A stretch of DNA of 64,000 bases, taken from the NCBI GenBank assembly GCA_044451945.1, contig JBIOKR010000004.1, forward strand, positions 23,454 through 87,453. Direction: 5' to 3'. The position numbers and the translations under genes are program-made. The stretch is from Candidatus Lutacidiplasmatales archaeon (GTDB lineage Archaea; Thermoplasmatota; Thermoplasmata; Lutacidiplasmatales; UBA184). Below, piece by piece: positions 57,800 through 64,000 of the stretch. Every line of letters begins with the position of its first letter. The first letter of the stretch is position 1. The notes beneath the pieces were generated by a model. The model was given only the letters and a program-made list of their open reading frames with translations, had not been told where the DNA came from and did no database searches.

Positions 57800-58606
57800 T
57801 TAAATCACCTTTTCTTGCACCAACGTGGCCGATTGGCCGCTCGTTGCCATGTTGACGGTCGCCGTCGACGTGCTCGACCCCGAGTTTAGCACCTGGGTGG
57901 AGACCGAGATTGAGATGCCGGTGATCCACTCGTAGGTGATCCCGTTGTAGAGGGTCGTGTTGGCGTAGATGGTGTAGATGTGCGACGTGACGGGGTAGGT
58001 GAAGGTCCGGTTGTTGTTGTAGCTGTAGCTCGTGTTCGAGAACGAGGTTCCGTACGCGGCCCACTTGTTGCCCGTGACGTTCCACAGCTCGCCGGTGATG
58101 TAGAGCTGGACGGAGGTGTAGACGTACTGGGACTTGTTCCCGAGGAAGTTGTTCAACGTGAACGTGTAGGTCGTCTTCCACTGGGCGGAGTTCGTGTGGT
58201 AGCCGGTGGAGCTCATCGTCCAAGCGCCGCCGATCATTCCCGCCTGGTCCGTTGCCGAGGCGGTGGTGTACGTCGGGAAGCCGTAGAGGCCGCAGACCTT
58301 CGAGGTCGCGGTCGCGGACTCAAGGAGCTTTCCGGTCGAGAGCGTGAACGCGCCGACCTTCGAGAGGGCGGCCGTGCCGCCGCACCCGTTGGTCGCAAGC
58401 GAGTTAGGGCCGCCGTAGACGGTCCCCTTGTACGGTGCCTTGATGACGATCGCCTTGAACCCGGCCGAGCCGAGCGGGGCGAGGACCATCAGTAGGGTCA
58501 CCGCGGTCGCGGCACCGATGGCGGTGTATCCCGCCATGCCGCTCAACGAGCCACGCCGGGCTCGGTAGCCGAATTCGGGTCGAGTCGTTCCACTCCCATC
58601 GTTCAT
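57800..58606 (-). CDS. Secreted beta-rich protein, APYKG-family member 6 (tandem duplicate of member 5)
   Basis: Same 268-aa length, 55 substitutions by manual alignment (~79% identity). Confidence 0.85.
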   Translation of the reverse strand: MNDGSGTTRPEFGYRARRGSLSGMAGYTAIGAATAVTLLMVLAPLGSAGFKAIVIKAPYKGTVYGGPNSLATNGCGGTAALSKVGAFTLSTGKLLESATATSKVCGLYGFPTYTTASATDQAGMIGGAWTMSSTGYHTNSAQWKTTYTFTLNNFLGNKSQYVYTSVQLYITGELWNVTGNKWAAYGTSFSNTSYSYNNNRTFTYPVTSHIYTIYANTTLYNGITYEWITGISISVSTQVLNSGSSTSTATVNMATSGQSATLVQEKVI

Positions 58607-58820
58607 GCCTTGGTTTCTCCCGTCTCAGGAGACGCCCCCTTGCGAAGGCGCCCCGAGTGCGGGGGGGGGACGATTCTAGTGTTATATGACTTCGGGGGCG
58701 GCCGCCGGAGGACCCCTCATCGAGGATGCAATGCCATGGCACGGCGCATGGGCCCCCGTCCTGGATCGGCCCTCCGAAGGGAAGGCGGGAAATGGTTGGG
58801 GCGGCCGATCAGGGACTCGC

Positions 58821-59690
58821 CTACTGGATCACCACGTAGTTGAGAGTCGCGCCGTTACCCAGCGTGTCGAAGTTGAGGCTCGCCGAGGCGCTCGCACCCG
58901 TGAGCACGCCGTTGTACGCATCCGCCTCGGCCCAGGTCCCTCCGGAGATGTCGAACTCCAGAGTGTACTGGTCAGAGGCGTTCATCGTCTGCGTGAAGTT
59001 GAAGCTCCAGGTGGTCGAGCTCGAGAACGAGTTGCTCGCCGTCGGGGTCTGGTAGTAAGTGCAGTTCGCGTACGAGCAGACGGTCTCGTTGTAGGTGTCG
59101 TTGAAGACGCCCGGCCACGGGTTGTTCGGGAAGAAATACGACCCGTTGGTCTGGTCGATCAGGTAGCCGGAGGCCGAGACATAGCTCTCGCCGAACGCCT
59201 GGCAGAAGGCGTACGAGGCGAGCACGTTCGTCGCGCACTTGCCGGCGTGATAGCTGTCGGTGCCGGCGACGTTGAACGTCCAGTTGGAGAAGATGGTCCG
59301 GAGGCCCCCGATCGAGCTCAGCGGGAAGACGATCGCGAACTCCCCGGTCGCCATGCCGCGGTTGGCCGTGTTGGCGGGCAGACCCTTGCAGGTCGGCGCC
59401 TTCGATAGCTCGCTGAAGCCGCCCTTACCGGTGAGCTTCGAGAACTTCGTGAGGACAACGTTCTTGTCCGTCCCGCAGGCGACCTGACCGTTCGTGTTCC
59501 ACGTCCCGAGGGTCGCCTTCTTGTACGGCGCCTTGATCGTGATCGCGTGCGTGGCAGCGCCGAACGAGGCCGGCGCCATCGCCATGACCGCCACGACGAC
59601 AAAGACCCCGCTCGCCGCCATCGCTCCGGCTCCCCACCGGCTCCGTCGCTTTCCCGATAGTCCCAGCTCCCTGACGCTCGATGCCTGCAT
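58821..59690 (-). CDS. Secreted beta-rich protein, APYKG-family member 7
   Basis: TIKAPYKK, ACG...C, C-x10-C, C-x4-C, LNFDTLGNGATLNYVVIQ*. Confidence 0.85.
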   Translation of the reverse strand: MQASSVRELGLSGKRRSRWGAGAMAASGVFVVVAVMAMAPASFGAATHAITIKAPYKKATLGTWNTNGQVACGTDKNVVLTKFSKLTGKGGFSELSKAPTCKGLPANTANRGMATGEFAIVFPLSSIGGLRTIFSNWTFNVAGTDSYHAGKCATNVLASYAFCQAFGESYVSASGYLIDQTNGSYFFPNNPWPGVFNDTYNETVCSYANCTYYQTPTASNSFSSSTTWSFNFTQTMNASDQYTLEFDISGGTWAEADAYNGVLTGASASASLNFDTLGNGATLNYVVIQ

Positions 59691-59887
59691 CCGATGTTCA
59701 CTCCCCCCCGGCCGCGTAGGCGGAGACCGCCTGCGGGCCGAAAGCCGTCAGGCACCGACCCACGGGTATTTAGTCTGTCATGGAGCGCCAATGCGATTTC
59801 GGGCGACCCCGTCCGTCGTGGAGATGAGGGAAGAGGTTGGTGGCGGGGAGGTCCCCTTCAGGGACAACCCCGCCCGGATCCGTGGAC

Positions 59888-60967
59888 CTACGCCAGGGTG
59901 ATTGAGGTCAACTTTACCCCGTTGCCGAGTGTCGCGTGGTTCATCGACGCGCTAGCGCTCGCGTGGTTCCAGCCCTGTACCTCGGCGAGGATGATGTCGA
60001 ACGAGTACAGGAACACCTCGAAGTGGTGCGCGAGGTTGTACGACTGGTTGAACCACATCGTCGAGCTGCTCGAGCCGCTGCTCGAGAGCGTCGTGTTGGT
60101 CCCGAGGAGCCCGTTCTGGTACGACTCGGTGAGCGTTGTGACGTTGTAGCTGTAGCAGACCGTGCCCGTCGAGTTGTACCACGTCCCATAGTCCCACTCC
60201 GTGTAGCTGTAGCAGTACCAGTAGGTCTCGTTGTACGTCTCCACGAAGGAATCCACTGGGATGCTGAACTGGTACGTCGAAACGCCCGTGTTCAGGTCGG
60301 TGATCCACGCCTCGAGCTCCGAGATGATCTCAGCGCCCGCGATGCAGAACGAGCTCGCCCCGAAGTCCGTGTAGTTGTAGAAGAACGTCGAGTTCGTGTA
60401 GTTGACCGGGCCCGCGATGTTCGGGGAGTACGACCAGCTCGCGCCGTTGTAGTACTCGGCGAAGTTGTACGCGAACTGCTGGAGCGCGTCCGTGCAGTTC
60501 GGGTTTGCCGGGGCCGTCTCCTTGACGATGCCGGCCCAGGTCTCCGTCACGGAGACCGAGACGTTCCCCGTCGCGCCGGCGACCGGGAAGTGCACCGGGA
60601 TGGCCACGTTGAACCCGCCTTCGACCGCATTGTCCGAGGTCTGGCCGACGCCGCCGGAGCCCGCGCCGCAGGTCTTGGCCGATGCCGAGCCACTGCCGCC
60701 GCCCGCGCCGCTCTTGAGCGAAAAGGCGTACTTGTGAATGACCTTCGCGGTTCCGCATCCGTCCAAGAAGAGGTCCGTGAACGGCGTCACGGCCCCCTTG
60801 TACGGTGCCTTGATGGTCACGATGCCAGCGTGCGCGGCCAACCCCATCGGCGCGAACGCCATCACCGCGGCCACCGAGAGCACCAGCGTCGCGAGACCCA
60901 CTGTCCCGCGAACACCACGACGTCCCCCGGCGCTCGCTGTTCCCACTCTCTCTCCCGCTTCTCCCAT
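59888..60967 (-). CDS. Secreted beta-rich protein, APYKG-family member 8
   Basis: TIKAPYKG, GCG...C, C-x49-C, C-x18-C, MNHATLGNGVKLTSITLA*. ATG 60967 has an upstream GGGGGGAGG and a TATA-like element at 61039-61047. Confidence 0.85.
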   Translation of the reverse strand: MGEAGERVGTASAGGRRGVRGTVGLATLVLSVAAVMAFAPMGLAAHAGIVTIKAPYKGAVTPFTDLFLDGCGTAKVIHKYAFSLKSGAGGGSGSASAKTCGAGSGGVGQTSDNAVEGGFNVAIPVHFPVAGATGNVSVSVTETWAGIVKETAPANPNCTDALQQFAYNFAEYYNGASWSYSPNIAGPVNYTNSTFFYNYTDFGASSFCIAGAEIISELEAWITDLNTGVSTYQFSIPVDSFVETYNETYWYCYSYTEWDYGTWYNSTGTVCYSYNVTTLTESYQNGLLGTNTTLSSSGSSSSTMWFNQSYNLAHHFEVFLYSFDIILAEVQGWNHASASASMNHATLGNGVKLTSITLA

Positions 60968-61166
60968 GCTGTGTTTTTCCTCCCCCCGCCGCCGACGGCC
61001 CTCCGCCGGTGTCGGAGCGCCGCACAATCGCCTTTCTGATATTAAAACCCCGAGGATTTCGGTCCAGAACGCCGGGGGAGGGCCGCACCGGTGCGGCGAG
61101 GCTTGCACCCCTTGGGGGCCATCGGCAAGGGCGGACTTGGGGGGCGATCGGCGCCCTCGGCTCCCC

Positions 61167-62261
61167 CTACGTCACGGTGATCGATTGAACGGTCAGCCCG
61201 TTGCCGAGGGTCGCCATGTTGAAGGAGCCGACCGCCGACCCGCGGTTCCAGCCGACCGTGTAACAGTCCAGGAAGACGTACGGGAGTAGCCAGAAGACCC
61301 AGTTGCGACTGGCCGTTCCGTTGGCGAGCGCCCACATCGTGAGCGTCGAGCGGCCCGAGAACGTCAACGTCGAGTTGGTCCCCGTGGTCCGCGTGAGGTA
61401 GTCGTACGAAGCGGAGTTGATCGTCGAGTTGTAGTTGTTGCAGGTGACCGTGGAGTTCGACCAGCTCCCGTAGGACCAGAGCGTATAGTTGTGGCAGATC
61501 CAATCGGTCGAGTTCTGCGTGGAGACGTAGGCGTCCGCGAAGTTGACGATGCCGGGGTTCATCGAGGCGGAAGCGGTGCCGGAGGTATCGACCATCACCT
61601 CCTGCATGTAGGCGTTGATCGCGCTCCAGGATTGGCAACCGTTCGACTGCGCCCCGTAGCTGTGGTAGTAGTAGAAGTAGGTCTGATTGGTGTAAGCGAT
61701 CGGACCGCTCAACGACGGGTAGTACGACCAGCTGCTCCCATTGTAGTAGGAGCCGCTGGTGGAGTTGGTCGGGAACGATGGGCAGACGCCGTTGGTCGTG
61801 CCGTTCCGCTCCAGAATCGTGGCGCTCCAGTTGAGCCTCACCGAGGCGGTGACGTTATGGATGCCGACCGGAACCTTCACCGCGATCGAGATGATGGCAC
61901 CCGTGGTCGCCGTCCCACGGCCATAATCGCCGAGGCGGTACTGGTTCATCGGGCACGCTTTCGCCGAGACGGTGGTGAATGCCCCTCCGACCCCGGAGTG
62001 GAAGTTGAAATGCCAAGGCTTGACCTGCGTGGCTTTGGCGCAGGTGTACGTCTGAAGGCTTGCGGACGGGACGATCCCCCCCTTGTAGGGAGCGTGGAGC
62101 GTCGTGGAAGGTACGCTGCCCGAGGCGATGGGTGCCAAGAGTAGTACGCTCGTCACCACAATGAGGCTGGCCGTGCCGGAGAGCATGCTCCTCTTCGGCG
62201 GACCACGTCGCCCGACCCTTCGAACCTCCCCCGACGCCATCTTCCCTGCCCGACGCATCAT
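61167..62261 (-). CDS. Secreted beta-rich protein, APYKG-family member 9
   Basis: LHAPYKG, C...C, C-x48-C, C-x17-C, FNMATLGNGLTVQSITVT*. The start may be 62240. Confidence 0.85.
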   Translation of the reverse strand: MMRRAGKMASGEVRRVGRRGPPKRSMLSGTASLIVVTSVLLLAPIASGSVPSTTLHAPYKGGIVPSASLQTYTCAKATQVKPWHFNFHSGVGGAFTTVSAKACPMNQYRLGDYGRGTATTGAIISIAVKVPVGIHNVTASVRLNWSATILERNGTTNGVCPSFPTNSTSGSYYNGSSWSYYPSLSGPIAYTNQTYFYYYHSYGAQSNGCQSWSAINAYMQEVMVDTSGTASASMNPGIVNFADAYVSTQNSTDWICHNYTLWSYGSWSNSTVTCNNYNSTINSASYDYLTRTTGTNSTLTFSGRSTLTMWALANGTASRNWVFWLLPYVFLDCYTVGWNRGSAVGSFNMATLGNGLTVQSITVT

Positions 62262-62449
62262 CGATCCCCTGGGGCACCCGGAAACCGGGCGCGGCCCAAG
62301 GTCCCCACGCCGCCATTCAGCGGCCGTATATCACCCTCGGTTGGCCTTGGGGCCCTGTTCGGGTGAAAGGGGAGTCGTTTCGACCGTTATGTCGCGCCGG
62401 CAGGAATATAGGGGACAAGGACTTCCCAAACGGGGGGTCGAAACAGGTC

Positions 62450-63484
62450 GTGTCCCAAGACTGGGAGCTCTACCGGAAGCTCTACCGAGCGACCGACAGT
62501 CCGGTCTGGGGCGCGTTTCCCCACCCGGACCTTACGACGCTCGCCGGCGAGCTCAACACGACACGGAGCACCATCTGGCGCCGCCTCAAGGAGTGGAGGC
62601 GCTCGGGCTTCGTCCGCGGCTACGAGACGATCCCCAATCCGGGGCTCTTCGGGGTCGGTCTCCTCACCAACGAGGTCCGGCTCGCCGACCCAAGGTCCCG
62701 CCAGCGGTTCCTCGACGAGCTCGAGCTGATCGACGGCGTCTTCCTGGCCAACTTCGACCTCGGGCCCCGCACGATGGTGGTCAGCGTCGCCGACATGTCG
62801 ACCTCCCAAGCGCGCCGGCGGGAGCTCATCCGCCGGATACCGGGGGTCGAATCCGTCCTCCCCCCCAACCCGGTCTGGCTACCTACCTGTCGTCGTCAGC
62901 TGTCGATCGGCGACTGGAGGCTGATCTCCGCTCTTCGCGAGTCCCCGGAGAGCTCTGTCGTCGACCTTGCGGGGTTCCTCGGGGTCTCCGCCAAGACGTT
63001 CTCACGACGCTACCGCGCCCTCCGGGAGTCCCACGCGCTCCTCTCGTACCGGGTGGAGGATTTCACGCGGTTTCCCGGAACTGTGGCGACGTTCCTCGCA
63101 CGGCTTCACGACGGTGTCGATTCGCGGGAGACCGCCGTGCGCTTCGAGGAGAGCATGCCCGGGCTCCTCGAGATCGCCCACATCGACCGGCCTCCGTTCT
63201 CTTCCCACAATGTGCTGGCGTACAGCCTGTTCGTCAGCTCCGCCGCATCCATGGAGGAAGCAGAGGCCGCCGCGCTCGAGGTTCCTGGTGTCGTCGGGGT
63301 TCGCACGATCTTCATGGGGGGCGAGCGAGCCTACCGCGGTTGGTTCGACGAACGGATCAACCAGGCGATGCACGGGCCGCTTCCGAGGGCCGAAGCCCAC
63401 CCGGTCGCTCCTTCCCGATGGATCGCAATGCGCCCTGCCGCTTTCTCTCGCCAGAGCGCTGCCCGCGGCGTCCATCCCGCCTGA
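62450..63484 (+). CDS. Lrp/AsnC-like regulator with two wHTH modules
   Basis: LAGELNTTRSTIWRRLKEW..SGFVRGY...NP..FG and a second HTH LAGFLGVSAKTFSRRY..L. Divergent from the array. GTG 62450 is preferred; the ORF extends to 62363. Confidence 0.82.
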   Translation: MSQDWELYRKLYRATDSPVWGAFPHPDLTTLAGELNTTRSTIWRRLKEWRRSGFVRGYETIPNPGLFGVGLLTNEVRLADPRSRQRFLDELELIDGVFLANFDLGPRTMVVSVADMSTSQARRRELIRRIPGVESVLPPNPVWLPTCRRQLSIGDWRLISALRESPESSVVDLAGFLGVSAKTFSRRYRALRESHALLSYRVEDFTRFPGTVATFLARLHDGVDSRETAVRFEESMPGLLEIAHIDRPPFSSHNVLAYSLFVSSAASMEEAEAAALEVPGVVGVRTIFMGGERAYRGWFDERINQAMHGPLPRAEAHPVAPSRWIAMRPAAFSRQSAARGVHPA

Positions 63485-63523
63485 TGGGCGCTACCGGGTG
63501 CACCGGTTGGGATGAGTCGGGGG

Positions 63524-64000
63524 CTATCGCAAGGGCCCGCCCGGGGTCGTCGTCGGCCGGTCCCAACCGACCTCGCGGATGATGGCGCAGACCGCATCCA
63601 ATACCTCGTCGGCGCTACGAGCGTCGGTGGGAATCGTTCGCTCGCCGGGAACGGGGCTCAACGGGTACGACCAGAGCGCACTGAAGATCCGCGACGCCTG
63701 GGAGGCACCGAGCGTGCGGAACTCCTCCCACGCGTCCGTCATCATCCGTGCCTGGGCCACCTTGCGCGCGACCTCGAGACGGATCACCAGGAGGCGGGGC
63801 CCCCCGGGGCCGAGCTGAGCGGCGTTGATGATATCCGATAGCTCCGCCGCGTCCCTGAGGTCGGCGTCGACCACCACAGATCGGCCCGCCGATATGTGGG
63901 AGGCCGCCTCGAGGCCGACGGATGTTCGCCCATCGTGGCGCGATAGGTCCCGGACCGCCTCCAGGCCGGATCCTCCCTCGTACGCCACGTAGCTCTGCAT
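63524..64000 (-). CDS. P-loop kinase-like (AAA_33/gluconate- or APS-kinase-like) protein, N-terminus probably beyond the window
   Basis: GRSVVVDA Walker B-like, lid LEVARKVAQARM, IPTDARSADEV. No Walker A inside the window. Confidence 0.6.
   Translation of the reverse strand: MQSYVAYEGGSGLEAVRDLSRHDGRTSVGLEAASHISAGRSVVVDADLRDAAELSDIINAAQLGPGGPRLLVIRLEVARKVAQARMMTDAWEEFRTLGASQASRIFSALWSYPLSPVPGERTIPTDARSADEVLDAVCAIIREVGWDRPTTTPGGPLR

Larger units (their letters stand above)
56630..58715 (-). repeat. Direct duplication (offset 1,170 bp) of gene plus ~100 bp of upstream region
   Basis: Similarity extends past the ATG through CCGTCTCAGGAGACG and GTTATATGA (57511-57519 vs 58681-58689). Confidence 0.85.

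Noticed and set aside
56630-58606. Diversity-generating retroelement acting on the duplicated genes
   Set aside because: Differences are not adenine-specific and include many synonymous changes of all types. Both copies are full genes, and no reverse transcriptase is in the window.
535-62261. APYKG proteins as type IV pilins/archaellins
   Set aside because: The residues after the basic RRG-type motifs do not fit class III cleavage, whereas AxA-type signal peptidase I sites follow the hydrophobic helix.
33-64000. Many long Arg/Pro/Gly-rich ORFs in the track (e.g. 106-1536 -, 1391-2383 -, 11036-13369 +, 19474-21507 -, 29167-30741 -, 47589-49292 -)
   Set aside because: They are antisense or off-frame shadows of well-supported genes in a very GC-rich genome, with no motifs.
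1-64000. tRNA, rRNA, transposase or integrase
   Set aside because: Visual scanning found no T-loop/cloverleaf, rRNA-like tract, or DDE/HUH/tyrosine-recombinase motifs. A tRNAscan-SE/Infernal run is needed to be certain.

Overview
A 64 kb, very GC-rich chromosomal segment, most likely from a Thermoplasmata-like archaeon. That assignment is an inference from TATA-like promoters with leaderless starts, pyrBI, a PF02697-type antitoxin/PIN pair, a deoxyhypusine-synthase-family gene, a ComA homologue and sequon-rich surface proteins. Core content: a complete bacterial-type oxidative pentose phosphate operon (glk-tkt-pgi-gnd-zwf-pgl), ilvE, tldD/tldE, pyrBI, transporters and two STAND NTPase-TPR proteins. 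There is also a large secretome: two ~1,450-1,500 aa Asp-box propeller surface proteins, a 12-repeat kelch protein and two phospholipase C/phosphoesterase-family enzymes. The most striking feature is a family of nine paralogous, unanchored secreted beta-rich proteins (four singletons plus a five-gene tandem array next to a divergent Lrp-like regulator). They share an N-terminal APYKG motif and a C-terminal N[MF]ATLGNG..SI.V strand, and carry two cysteine-stapled, often Tyr/Trp-rich loops of very different lengths. This looks like an undescribed variable-scaffold (binder or filament-subunit) repertoire; its function is inference only. Other oddities: a perfect 20-bp palindrome between a wHTH-STAND-TPR gene and a divergent two-ORF operon, a compact repeated-hairpin element, a ComA-HTH fusion with altered active-site motifs, and two otherwise intact genes each interrupted by one in-frame stop. 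I found no rRNA, tRNA, CRISPR array, transposase or reverse transcriptase. All family assignments come from motif recognition by eye; no database searches were run.
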